Assembly (NCBI GenBank): GCA_044376115.1
Contig: JBILLK010000023.1
Location: forward strand, 1 to 64,000
Reading direction: 5' to 3'
DNA from: Polyangiaceae bacterium
GTDB taxonomy: Bacteria > Myxococcota_A > Polyangia > Polyangiales > Polyangiaceae
Length of the DNA stretch: 64,000 nt
The position numbers and the translations under genes were made by a program. Positions within the stretch are counted from its first letter, which is position 1, and each line of letters opens with the position of its first letter. Positions 33,772 through 44,968 of this stretch are shown here, piece by piece. Below the pieces are notes generated by a model that was not told the DNA's origin, made no database searches, and saw nothing but the letters and a program-made list of their open reading frames with translations.

Positions 33772-35397
33772 ATGCCCGTACACGTCGCCGAGGTTCCCCG
33801 CCCTTCCAACGAACCGGTCCGCAGCTACGCCCCTGGCACCCGTGAGCGCGATGAGTTGCGCCACGCGCTCGCGGAAATGGAAGGCACTCCAGTCGAGGTG
33901 CCGATGGTGATTGGCGGCAAGGAAGTCCACACCGCCAACGCCTCTCCAATCGGATGTCCGCACAAGAAAAGGCTCTCGCTTGGAACCTTCAGCAACGGTC
34001 ACAAGGACCATGTGCTCGCCGCGATCTCGGCCGCCGAAGCAGCGCGCTACGAATGGTCGCGCATGAGCCAGGCTGCGCGCTCAGCCATCTTCTTGCGCGC
34101 GGGCGAGCTCGCTGCATCGAGCTTCCGCAATCGGCTGAACGCGTCGACCATGCTTGGCCAAAGCAAGACGGTCTACCAAGCCGAAATCGATTCAGCCTGT
34201 GAATTCGCAGATTTTCTGCGGTTCAACGCTTACTGGTCGCAGCACCTTTTGGAGGCGCCAGGCCCCGCGAGCAACATGTGGAACACCATCGAGCCGCGGC
34301 CTCTCGACGGCTTTGTATTGGCGGTTACGCCGTTCAACTTCACGGCGATCGCAGGCAACCTGCCTTCCGCCCCCGCCATGCTCGGGAACACGGTGGTGTG
34401 GAAACCCAGCCCGCTCGCCATGCGAAGTGCGCACGAGGTCATGACGTTGTTCCGCGCGGCGGGCCTACCGGATGGCGTCATCAATCTGGTGCAGGGGGAT
34501 GCAGCCGAGCTCGTGGGTACGGCGATCGACCACGAGAGCTTTGGCGGCTTGCATTTCACGGGGTCCACCGCTGTGTTCCGAGGGCTTTGGCAGCGGGTCG
34601 GGAACAACCTGAGCAACTATCGCGGCTACCCGCGCTTGGTCGGTGAAACGGGTGGGAAAGACTTCGTGTTTGCGCACGCCAGTGCCGATCGCGAAGCCCT
34701 CGCGGTGGCGCTCATCCGCGGGGCCTTCGAGTTTCAGGGCCAGAAGTGCTCTGCCGCTTCAAGAGCGTATGTGCCCCGGTCGCTCTGGAAAGAACTCGCG
34801 GAGCGACTCTGCTCCGAGGTGAAGAGCCTTCGTATGGGCGACGTCACCGATTTCCGAACCTTCATGGGCGCGGTGATCGATCAGCGCTCGTTCGACAAGC
34901 TCTCGGCCGTGCAACAGGAAGCACGAGCGGAGTCTCGCTACGAGGTGCTCGTCGGCGGAGGCGGAGATTCCCGCGAAGGTTTCTTTGTCGAACCCACCGT
35001 TGTCGTCACCACGGACCCCAACGCTCGCCTGATGCGAGACGAATTCTTTGGACCGCTGCTTACGGTGTTCGTCTACGAGGACGGTCAGGAGGACGAGACC
35101 TTGACCCTGTGCGACCAAGGTAGTCCCTATGCACTCACAGGCGCGGTCTTCAGCAATGACCGTGCGTTCGTCAACAAAGCGCTGGATCGGCTTCGAGATG
35201 CCGCAGGGAACTTCTACATCAACGACAAGCCCACGGGCGCCGTCGTTGCGCAGCAGCCCTTCGGGGGCGGCCGCGCATCCGGAACGAACGACAAGGCTGG
35301 TAGTCCACTAAACCTTCAGCGCTGGATCAGCCCCCGGGCGATCAAAGAGACCTACGTTCCAGCAACGGCCGTCGCCTACCCTTCGATGGCTGAGTGA
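33772..35397 (+). CDS. pruA: L-glutamate gamma-semialdehyde (P5C) dehydrogenase
   Basis: QAEIDSACE, FTGST, GETGGKDF, QKCSAASR, GNFYINDKPTGA, SGTNDKAG. Confidence 0.93.
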   Translation: MPVHVAEVPRPSNEPVRSYAPGTRERDELRHALAEMEGTPVEVPMVIGGKEVHTANASPIGCPHKKRLSLGTFSNGHKDHVLAAISAAEAARYEWSRMSQAARSAIFLRAGELAASSFRNRLNASTMLGQSKTVYQAEIDSACEFADFLRFNAYWSQHLLEAPGPASNMWNTIEPRPLDGFVLAVTPFNFTAIAGNLPSAPAMLGNTVVWKPSPLAMRSAHEVMTLFRAAGLPDGVINLVQGDAAELVGTAIDHESFGGLHFTGSTAVFRGLWQRVGNNLSNYRGYPRLVGETGGKDFVFAHASADREALAVALIRGAFEFQGQKCSAASRAYVPRSLWKELAERLCSEVKSLRMGDVTDFRTFMGAVIDQRSFDKLSAVQQEARAESRYEVLVGGGGDSREGFFVEPTVVVTTDPNARLMRDEFFGPLLTVFVYEDGQEDETLTLCDQGSPYALTGAVFSNDRAFVNKALDRLRDAAGNFYINDKPTGAVVAQQPFGGGRASGTNDKAGSPLNLQRWISPRAIKETYVPATAVAYPSMAE

Positions 35398-35536
35398 GTC
35401 GACCTGGTCAACCTGAGGTAGGCCGCCGTTGTGGCGGAATGCGGCACGTGGGCCTTGTCTCCGGCCGAACCACACTGTAAGCCGTGCTGTCGCCTGCCGA
35501 GGCGAGGTCTGGCTGTTCAACCGTTGTGGAGGCACT

Positions 35537-37042
35537 GTGAAGTCTTATTTCCTTTCGAGTTCCGTCGTTCTTGCGCTTTCGTTCTCGATGGTTGTCGCCT
35601 GCGGCGACAGCGGCACCGGTGGAGCGGGAGGCGGCACTGGCGGCAGTGATGGTGGAACCGGCGGAACAGGCGGCAGCCCCTCGAGCGGCGGAGGACCTGG
35701 AGGTCCGACGGTTGGTGGCGGTGGCTCCGGCGGCGCTCCCGGCGATGGCAACGACAGCTTCGCAGAGGCCGGCGAGTTCGAAGCTGGCGACGGCTTCATC
35801 TTCGTGCAGGACGAGCTCGAAGACCCGGCCACCGACATCGACTTCTTCAAGTTCACGGCCGTTGCTGGCGCCTATTCGATTAGCGCGGATGCAAAGCCCC
35901 CGGAGGACGGGTTCGCTCCCGGCTACATGGACACGGTGATCAAGGTCTACAACAGCGCGATGCAGCAGGTTGCAGCCAACGACGATCCGTACCCGCGCAA
36001 CTCACAGGACTCCGCGGTGAACACCATCCTCGAGGCTGGTGAGTACTTCATCACGATCGAGGAGTTCTGCAACGCCGTGGATTGCCCCGACGAGCGCGCT
36101 TACTACAACGACATCACCGAGACCGCTTACGCGCTCGTCGTGTCGCAGTTCAACCCCGCCGACAACAGCGTGATTGAAGAGGCAGCAGAGCCGAACAGCA
36201 CGCTCGCGAATGCTTCCGTCATGGAGTACGAGCCCGTTGATGTGGACACCGACCCGAACAACTACTTCCTCAGCGTGAACTTCGGCGACTGGAGCAACGC
36301 CGACACGGTTGACGCAGTGAGGCTCACGGTGCCCGCCAACCTCGAGGTGGATCCGCTCTCGCGTCCGAGCGGCCGCATCATCATTCCGCCCCCCGGCACC
36401 AACGGCAACGGTTCCACCAAGAACCCCGGCGTCATTTCGGTTCTCAACGCCACCTCCAACGCCGTCGTCGCCCGGTTCGACCTCAGCAACGAGGATGACT
36501 CGACCGACCGCGCCGAGCTCACCTTCCCGCTTACGCTGGCTCCCCAGGAGTACCTGATCACGATCGACCAGGGCGGCAACGCAGCGGGCGGGACCTCGCC
36601 CTTCTACTTCATGCTTCACGGCATCGGCGGTGGCAATCCGCTCGAGACCCAGGAGACGATGAACAACGCTGTTGGGACGCCCGAAGCGTTGACCTCCGTG
36701 CCGAACGGCGACTTCTTCAGCAACTTCATCGAGGGTGACCTCCCCGATGCTGACGCCGATCACTTCTTGCTCCAGGTCGAGGGCGAGGCGCTCTTCGTCG
36801 CTTGCGGCGGTCTGCGCAGCGGCTCCGGCGCGACCGTTCGCGCCACTGTGCTCGACGGCGCAACGACGATCGCGATGGACACTGAGACCGCGGCGATCAC
36901 CGGCGGCCTCTTCATCGAGAACGTCGATGTCACCGGGCTCGACACGGTCATCGTGAAGATCGACAAGACCGCGCAAAACGCAGCGGTTGCTGGCAACTAC
37001 TACCGTTGTGGCTTCGCCTTCGGCGCACCCACGATGCCATGA
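35537..37042 (+). CDS. Acidic secreted lipoprotein with PPC-like beta domains
   Basis: GGAGG RBS + GTG, lipobox VVAC, Gly-rich linker, DTVIKVY...ANDD PPC-like motif. Confidence 0.75.
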   Translation: MKSYFLSSSVVLALSFSMVVACGDSGTGGAGGGTGGSDGGTGGTGGSPSSGGGPGGPTVGGGGSGGAPGDGNDSFAEAGEFEAGDGFIFVQDELEDPATDIDFFKFTAVAGAYSISADAKPPEDGFAPGYMDTVIKVYNSAMQQVAANDDPYPRNSQDSAVNTILEAGEYFITIEEFCNAVDCPDERAYYNDITETAYALVVSQFNPADNSVIEEAAEPNSTLANASVMEYEPVDVDTDPNNYFLSVNFGDWSNADTVDAVRLTVPANLEVDPLSRPSGRIIIPPPGTNGNGSTKNPGVISVLNATSNAVVARFDLSNEDDSTDRAELTFPLTLAPQEYLITIDQGGNAAGGTSPFYFMLHGIGGGNPLETQETMNNAVGTPEALTSVPNGDFFSNFIEGDLPDADADHFLLQVEGEALFVACGGLRSGSGATVRATVLDGATTIAMDTETAAITGGLFIENVDVTGLDTVIVKIDKTAQNAAVAGNYYRCGFAFGAPTMP

Positions 37043-37084
37043 GTTGACCGCAGCAAAGCCGATTCGTCGGCCTAGCTAAGCGAA

Positions 37085-37118
37085 AGAGCCGGTCCACTTG
37101 GACCGGCTCTCTTCGTTT
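37085..37118. terminator. Intrinsic terminator between convergent genes
   Basis: AGAGCCGGTCC-actt-GGACCGGCTCT followed by a T-rich run. Confidence 0.8.
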
Positions 37119-37152
37119 CGAACCTCCGCAGCACAACGAGCGCAGCAGAGGC

Positions 37153-39969
37153 TCACGAAGCTGCGAGCTGTTCCCGGAGCTCAGCAGCCATTGCGGAGAC
37201 GGTGAAGGCCATCAGCTCGGCCTCGCGCTCAGCCAACGAGAGTGCGCCTTTCGACAAAAGAGGAAGGCAACGACGAGCTGCCTCGAGATCGCCTGCTAGC
37301 AACAAACCGGCGCGCAGGCAGGCCCGATCGACCGCGCGCGCGTACTCGGCAAGATCCACTCGCCCGCCTCCCTGGTCGAACGCAAAGACGGCCGCTTCGA
37401 GCTCGCTGTCCTCCGCCTCACGAACCTCGAGACCAAACGGTGGACTCAGCAGGTCCACAAGCGAACGAAGCGCGGGTGGGGCAAGGGTATCCGGCGCGAC
37501 TCGTCGAACAGCAGTAATGAAACAGGCGGCGAGATCGTCCACGCTCGATGAGAGCCGCACCAGACGATGCTCTGGTAGATGCCCAGCAATATTCCACCCC
37601 GCGAGGAAGCTTAGCTCCGCGAGCGACTTCCCCCGAAGGGCCTGAGCGCCAACCACTGTCACCGGCTGCTCCCGTAGAACGGCAGTCATGCCCTCCTCGC
37701 TCGCATCTTCGAGATAGACGGAGGGCAACGAGGCAGAAAGAGCGCGCGCGGCCCAGGCAAGAGAGCGAGCGGCGCTCACCGTGGAGTTGTCAGGATCGAC
37801 GCGCGAAGCTTCACTCAACGGCGCGAGACGACCGGCGCGCTGAGCAAGCCCGCACAGGGCCGTGGCAAGCGAACGGTCCGCGGCCCGAAACACACGCGCT
37901 GTCCGCTCGATGCCCGAAGCATCTGAGGCAGGCAGTAGGCTGCGGCGCAGCATGTCGTGAGCAAGCCCCGCCAAGGAGCCTGTAGGTCGAGCAGAAAGCT
38001 CCTCTCGACTCGCGCCAATGATGGCGCGTTCGCGATCCCCAGCGGCGCCCTCGGACATCAGCACTGCGGCGGCGGCGTACGCCCGCTCGACGCGGTCTTG
38101 CTTTACGAACGCATCAAACAGGCGCTTGTGTACCGAGAGATCTCGCGGGTTGAGGGCAACCACGTCGCAGAGCGCACGCTCCATGATCGAGAAGGCGCCG
38201 GCCTGTTCTGCAACCTGCGCCAAGGTCCGCAGTGATCCTTCGTCGGCGGGGGCTAGCGAAACCGCCAGTTCGGCCTCTGCCAGCGCGCTGGCAGCGTCCT
38301 CTAGATGTTCCGACAAGAGGATGGCCAGCCGTCGGTGAAGCTCATGTTGCAGCCGTGCGGAAAGTTCAGCGTCCTCGAGACGGACCGCGCGATCGAGCAT
38401 GCGGCGGTAGGCGCCCTCCAACTCCGCCCACTCCTGACGCTCGCTCAGCAGCGCACTCAAGCGAGCCAAGGGCTGGAGCGTCCCTGGATGAGTGTCAAGC
38501 GCACGCTCGAAAAGGTCGAGGGCCTCGTCCTCCCGCTTGCGGTCGATCATTTCCTCGGCAAGCGCGGTAAACCTTGAGGCCCGCTGACTTGGATCCTCGA
38601 TGGTCTGGGCGAGGCGCTTTCGTAGCTCGATCGAATCTTCGACTCGTCGCTCGCTCTCCGCCAATTCTACTAGCAGCTCCAACGCGTGTCGCTCGAGTGG
38701 CTCGAGCGTGATGGCGTGCTCAAGCCGCTCCCGAGCGCGAAGTGGGTCCGAAAAATCGCGCAACCACGACTGCCCGAACAGCACCAATAGGCTAGCTCTC
38801 TCGGCATCGCTAGCCAAGTTAGCCAGCAGGCGCTCCTCCACCAGGTTGACTGCACGCCTATCTCCAACGTTGGTGTGCAGGGTGTGAAGCATGCGCAGGA
38901 CTTGTTGCGCTTCCTGGAGCTTGGGATCGACCTCGAGAGCTTTCTCCAAGCTCGCGATCGCCTCTTTGGTGCGACCTTGACGGACGAAAAGCTCCCCTAC
39001 CCGCAAGTGAATGAGCGCCCGTTCGCTGTTCTCAGCAGACGCACCGGCGGTCTTCGGACCGACCAGCGAAAGGGCCTTACGAAGCTTCGCAAGAGCGGCT
39101 TCGTCCGCCCCCTCGCTGGCCAGCGAAAGGGCTTCCTCAACAGCAATCTGAGGATTCAACGGCCCGGCGCGACGCGATGGTGCCGGCTCGGGAACAGCGG
39201 GCTGCGGTGACTCGACGACCGTGTCGCGATTGGTCAACGTGATTCGCAGCTCACCGCTGTCGCTATCGTCGTTCTCAAAGTGTTCCGCCGAGACGACGAG
39301 CTTCGGTAAGAACACGAAGCCCTCCAACGGCGCCGAACAAGCCAGTGCGCCGAGGCTTCCTCCTGCGAAGCGTCTGCGCAGATTGAACACGAGATCGTCT
39401 GCGGAAATTGCAGCAACGCCAGCGGCAGCGATCTCACTGAGCAGTGCCGAGGTGAGCGAGCGCGGGGCATCCTCGCCCAAGCCAACGAACGCAATCACCG
39501 CAGCGCCGTCGACCTGGACTGCCGCCAGTGCGAGTCTCACTAACTCAGCCGGCGACTCATTCGGGGAACACCACAGATCCAGAATCACGAGCGGCGGTAG
39601 CTCCGCGTGCTTGTCGAGCAGCGCCAAGGTCACGTCTGAAACGGAATCCAGCAACTCTGGCGCTGTCTCATCGAGAATGAGCAGAATCTCGCCACCTATT
39701 GCGGTGGCGCGCGCCGAGACAAACAGCAGCAACTCGCGAGGCGGCTCGAACGGTGTAAGCGCGTCTTCGACCTGACCCGCCAGATCTTCGCTGCAATCCA
39801 CCGGCAGCGTGGTGAAGCCCAACCTGGGCGACGCCAATGCCTCCGCGACAAGCCGCGAATCCGCGGCCGCTTGGCTTCCGCCCTCTCGTTGTGGCGGGAA
39901 CGCAACAACCGCAACGCGCGAGCTTTTCAGCTTCTCGCCCATGAGTTCGCCTTGCCCTACTTCAACCAC
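37153..39969 (-). CDS. Large TPR protein with degenerate caspase-like N-domain and degenerate M48-like C-domain
   Basis: Many TPRs; LLLFVSARA / VILDLWC / LTSALL / ISADDL at the N-terminus; ELSFLAGWNIAGH / RAGLLLAGDL at the C-terminus. Confidence 0.75.
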   Translation of the reverse strand: MVEVGQGELMGEKLKSSRVAVVAFPPQREGGSQAAADSRLVAEALASPRLGFTTLPVDCSEDLAGQVEDALTPFEPPRELLLFVSARATAIGGEILLILDETAPELLDSVSDVTLALLDKHAELPPLVILDLWCSPNESPAELVRLALAAVQVDGAAVIAFVGLGEDAPRSLTSALLSEIAAAGVAAISADDLVFNLRRRFAGGSLGALACSAPLEGFVFLPKLVVSAEHFENDDSDSGELRITLTNRDTVVESPQPAVPEPAPSRRAGPLNPQIAVEEALSLASEGADEAALAKLRKALSLVGPKTAGASAENSERALIHLRVGELFVRQGRTKEAIASLEKALEVDPKLQEAQQVLRMLHTLHTNVGDRRAVNLVEERLLANLASDAERASLLVLFGQSWLRDFSDPLRARERLEHAITLEPLERHALELLVELAESERRVEDSIELRKRLAQTIEDPSQRASRFTALAEEMIDRKREDEALDLFERALDTHPGTLQPLARLSALLSERQEWAELEGAYRRMLDRAVRLEDAELSARLQHELHRRLAILLSEHLEDAASALAEAELAVSLAPADEGSLRTLAQVAEQAGAFSIMERALCDVVALNPRDLSVHKRLFDAFVKQDRVERAYAAAAVLMSEGAAGDRERAIIGASREELSARPTGSLAGLAHDMLRRSLLPASDASGIERTARVFRAADRSLATALCGLAQRAGRLAPLSEASRVDPDNSTVSAARSLAWAARALSASLPSVYLEDASEEGMTAVLREQPVTVVGAQALRGKSLAELSFLAGWNIAGHLPEHRLVRLSSSVDDLAACFITAVRRVAPDTLAPPALRSLVDLLSPPFGLEVREAEDSELEAAVFAFDQGGGRVDLAEYARAVDRACLRAGLLLAGDLEAARRCLPLLSKGALSLAEREAELMAFTVSAMAAELREQLAAS

Positions 39970-40283
39970 TACTCGAGGGGCTCAGCGGCGTAGCAGGCCT
40001 CGAGGTCTGACAATTCGGCCTCGGTGATAGCGCACACGTTGTCTGTCAAATCGAGAAGACAGTTTGCGCGACGTTCAAGCACGCCCTCACACTCTTGTGA
40101 AACCGCGGTCTCTTCACTGTCGGCGGGACTCAGCGCGCACCCGTTGGCCTCCGCTTCATCGACGACCTCGTCGCAAACGGTGCCACAGCCGGCAAGCCAC
40201 ATCGCGATAGGGAGCGCGCAAAACGCCCACGAGTTCAACCCTCGTACGAGTCCCGAAGCAAACCAAGTCGCAGTTCGGCGCAT
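39969..40283 (-). CDS. Small acidic Cys-rich lipoprotein
   Basis: Lipobox LAGC plus 6 further Cys; start uncertain. Confidence 0.65.
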   Translation of the reverse strand: MRRTATWFASGLVRGLNSWAFCALPIAMWLAGCGTVCDEVVDEAEANGCALSPADSEETAVSQECEGVLERRANCLLDLTDNVCAITEAELSDLEACYAAEPLE

Positions 40284-40353
40284 GGCCGAAACTTTTATCA
40301 GAACGGTGCGCTTGCCGCGGGAAATTCCGCAGCAAGGGGCAGCATGGTAGTGA

Positions 40354-40635
40354 TCAGGGAGCGCATTCACCCGACTCGCGACACTCCGCAAGCGCTGTAC
40401 CGTACTCGGCACACAAGTCCCTTTTCGACGCGAGGATGCAGGAAGCACAGGCTTCCTCGTCAGAGTCACACACGTCATTGGTCCGCTCGTTGGCGGTGTC
40501 ATTGGTTTCGGTCGCCCCCACATCCCCGACACAATCGGCCAGTGTGGAGATCAGATCGTCGCAGGTCGAGCCGCACCCGCACGCAAGAATTCCGCTGGTG
40601 AGCGCAAACAGACGCAGCGTCGACCTCAAATGCAT
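40354..40635 (-). CDS. Small acidic Cys-rich lipoprotein (paralog of neighbour)
   Basis: Lipobox ACGC plus 8 further Cys. Confidence 0.7.
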   Translation of the reverse strand: MHLRSTLRLFALTSGILACGCGSTCDDLISTLADCVGDVGATETNDTANERTNDVCDSDEEACASCILASKRDLCAEYGTALAECRESGECAP

Positions 40636-40648
40636 GCTCAGCGCCCTA

Positions 40649-41869
40649 CTACGTCCGCGCAAGAAGCTCGACCAGTTTTCTTGCGCTTGGGATCCGCTCG
40701 GTTTTTTTCGCCAAACACCCCGTTGCGACGGCAGACACCTGTTGGATCCACTTGGCGGAGGTGGCGCCATGAGCGGTCAGAGCCTCCTCCAGAACTCGCC
40801 CGAAGCCGTAGATGTCGTCAGCGAAGTTGGTGGCAGCGCCTGCAATGCGTTCTGGTGAAAGGTAGGCCGCACTTCCGCCGGCTTGCTCCTCTCCTTCGCG
40901 ACGCGCCAAGCCGAAGTCCGACAACACGGGCTCGGCGAGATGCCTCAGCAAGATGTTGCCGGGCTTGAGATCGCCGTGCACGTACCCGTGACTATGCAAA
41001 GCGGCGAGGGCGCGCGCCAGCGGGAGGAGCCAAGGCCAAACCTCCTCGCCCGGTGTTGCAAGATCAGTGCGGCGCTTGATCACCCAGTCTCGCAACGAGC
41101 CCATTTGGACCCACTCCATGGTCACCCAGCCCTGGGCCGGATCGGCATCGAATACTCGCACAGCGAAGCGCGGACCCAACTGCGCCGCCATAGCAACCTC
41201 GTTCTTGAGGACGTCGGCGTCGCCAGCTCTGCGATGAAAAACTTTGAACGCTACCCGCCGCTGCAGCACATCGTCTCGGGCCTCGTAAACGGTGCCAGCT
41301 CCGCCGCGAGCGACCTCCCGCAGGATCGTTACCGTGGCGGTTTCGGGCGCTGCGGTCGCAACGGTGGCCTCATCTCTCCGCCGAGTTCGTTCGAGCCGGT
41401 GTGTCCCCAGTAGGCGGCTCCAGTGCGCGTGTCTCTCCCAAGCGCCATGCGCGCCAAGATCGTGCGCGAGCACTCGTTCCAACGTCGCGAGCGCTCGTGC
41501 GAAGTCGCCGCCTTCAGCAACCAACTCGGCCAACAGCAGCAAGTTCTCGGGCGATCTCTGCGTCTCGAGCAGTTGGATCGCACGCTCCGCCTCCCCACGC
41601 TCCGCAAGCGCGCGAGCAACTTTGAGCGCCACTGGCTCCGACAACGATTGGTTGAGGACAGCCGCAAGGAAGGCGCGTTCTTCACCCGTCCCACGCACGC
41701 GGTCGAGCTCCCGCTCGACCACCTCGGGAGCCAGCCGTGCGGGCGCGATTTCGGACGACGGCCCGTCAGAGCTCGAAGGCTGCGCCTGGACAACGGGCTC
41801 AGACAGCTCGATGGGCGCGGGCGCCGGCTCGCCTGCGAGCCTCGACTTCAACCTCTGCCACAAACTCAT
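40649..41869 (-). CDS. Soluble Ser/Thr protein kinase with TPR-like N-terminal region
   Basis: ARGGAG, VAFK, HGDLKPGN, DFG, YLSPE. Confidence 0.85.
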   Translation of the reverse strand: MSLWQRLKSRLAGEPAPAPIELSEPVVQAQPSSSDGPSSEIAPARLAPEVVERELDRVRGTGEERAFLAAVLNQSLSEPVALKVARALAERGEAERAIQLLETQRSPENLLLLAELVAEGGDFARALATLERVLAHDLGAHGAWERHAHWSRLLGTHRLERTRRRDEATVATAAPETATVTILREVARGGAGTVYEARDDVLQRRVAFKVFHRRAGDADVLKNEVAMAAQLGPRFAVRVFDADPAQGWVTMEWVQMGSLRDWVIKRRTDLATPGEEVWPWLLPLARALAALHSHGYVHGDLKPGNILLRHLAEPVLSDFGLARREGEEQAGGSAAYLSPERIAGAATNFADDIYGFGRVLEEALTAHGATSAKWIQQVSAVATGCLAKKTERIPSARKLVELLART

Positions 41870-43038
41870 CCGGCTCTCCCACCCACCATCAACAACTCGA
41901 CTTGTGGAGTGCCATCGCGCTCGGAGGAGAGCTTGTCGCCGTGTGCGAGTTCGATCTCCGCGGCCAGTTCGAGGCCGGCCAAAAAGGCGGCCTTTTTACC
42001 GCGACGAAGCACGATGAAGGGACCACCTTCAAGGATCTGGACGATCTCCCCGACCGGCGTGAACAGCGACCCGAGAGACGCAACCATGGATTGCCCCGCG
42101 ACCTCAACCCCGACACCGCCGCTGGCATGAGGCACAATTTCACACGCTACCTCGCCGCCAAGCGAAAGCCGGATACCCGCGCCCACTGGCAACGCGCCGC
42201 CGACCCGTGCACCACCGAGAAACGTGCCGTTTTTTGTATCGAGATCGCGTACGCAGGGCGCACCTTTTTCATCGCGAAATAGCTCCAGATGAACGCGCGA
42301 CAACTGTGGTGATGAAACGACGCAGCTAGCTTCACCCCGGCCGATCGTGAAAACCGGACCGAAAGCAAGCGTCGCTCGCTTGCCAGCGATCACGACATCG
42401 GCGGTAGGTCCCCGCAGCAATCGCTGCTCGAGGCGGGTGCGAAAATCTCGCAGTGTGTCGTCGTCGGGGAAGCGCGCTGCGAGCGCGAGGGCCTTTCGAC
42501 GCTCGCCGCTGCGGTCGAGGTCCTGGGCGGTTCGAATCGCGAGCGCGACCTCGTTTCCTTCCCGAACGTGAGCGACCTCGCGCTCCAGTTTGGCTTCCAC
42601 TTCCGCGAGCGCACCAGCCTGAACCAACGCCTGGACCTCGCGCTCGTTGTCGCCTGCCTCGGCGAACGCCTCCGCAGCTAGGCGGTATTCAGCGGCCGCG
42701 AGCAACTCCTCAGCGGCGCCCAAGACCTCTGCGCGCAGCACGGCACCTCGACCACGCGCTAGCTCGTAGCGCAGCTTGGCTGCCCGCGCTGCCGCCTCCC
42801 GGGAGTGGTGGCTTCCCGGCGCCATCTGCGAGGCAGTGCGCAGTAGCAGCAGCCGCTTGGCGGGTTCGCGCTCTACCTCGGCGCGCACCAACTGCAGGCG
42901 GCTCGCTTCGTCGGGTATACCGGCGTCGAGAAAAGCCTCGACAGCGGCGCCAAGCTGACCTGCGCGCTCAAGAGCCGCGGCTTTGCGCTCGCGGTATCCC
43001 CCTGGACCTATGCCTCGAATCCGATCCCACAGTCCCAT
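41866..43038 (-). CDS. FHA domain protein with helical-repeat N-terminus
   Basis: IGR, LSRVH, TKNGT FHA motifs; ATGA overlap with the kinase. Confidence 0.8.
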   Translation of the reverse strand: MGLWDRIRGIGPGGYRERKAAALERAGQLGAAVEAFLDAGIPDEASRLQLVRAEVEREPAKRLLLLRTASQMAPGSHHSREAAARAAKLRYELARGRGAVLRAEVLGAAEELLAAAEYRLAAEAFAEAGDNEREVQALVQAGALAEVEAKLEREVAHVREGNEVALAIRTAQDLDRSGERRKALALAARFPDDDTLRDFRTRLEQRLLRGPTADVVIAGKRATLAFGPVFTIGRGEASCVVSSPQLSRVHLELFRDEKGAPCVRDLDTKNGTFLGGARVGGALPVGAGIRLSLGGEVACEIVPHASGGVGVEVAGQSMVASLGSLFTPVGEIVQILEGGPFIVLRRGKKAAFLAGLELAAEIELAHGDKLSSERDGTPQVELLMVGGRAG

Positions 43039-43228
43039 CCACGCGCCGTCTGCCTTTCGCGCGAAGTATCGGCCGCAATCCAACCTTGTGCACCAGAATT
43101 TAGCTCGCGCGAAGTGAACTCCCAGGACCGTGAGGAGGTGCTTTCAACCGCGCTTCACGTGTGGGCAACCCGCATACCAAGCGTTCGTGTTGACGGTTGG
43201 CCATTCGATCTTCCACCATGGTTCAAAC

Positions 43229-44935
<1,707 letters not shown>

Positions 44936-44968
44936 GTTCGCTGAAGCAAATTCCAACAGGAAGGCACC

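Noticed and set aside
35441..35460. sigma54-like CGGCACG upstream of the PPC lipoprotein
   Set aside because: No GC at the -12 position with the required 10-nt spacing
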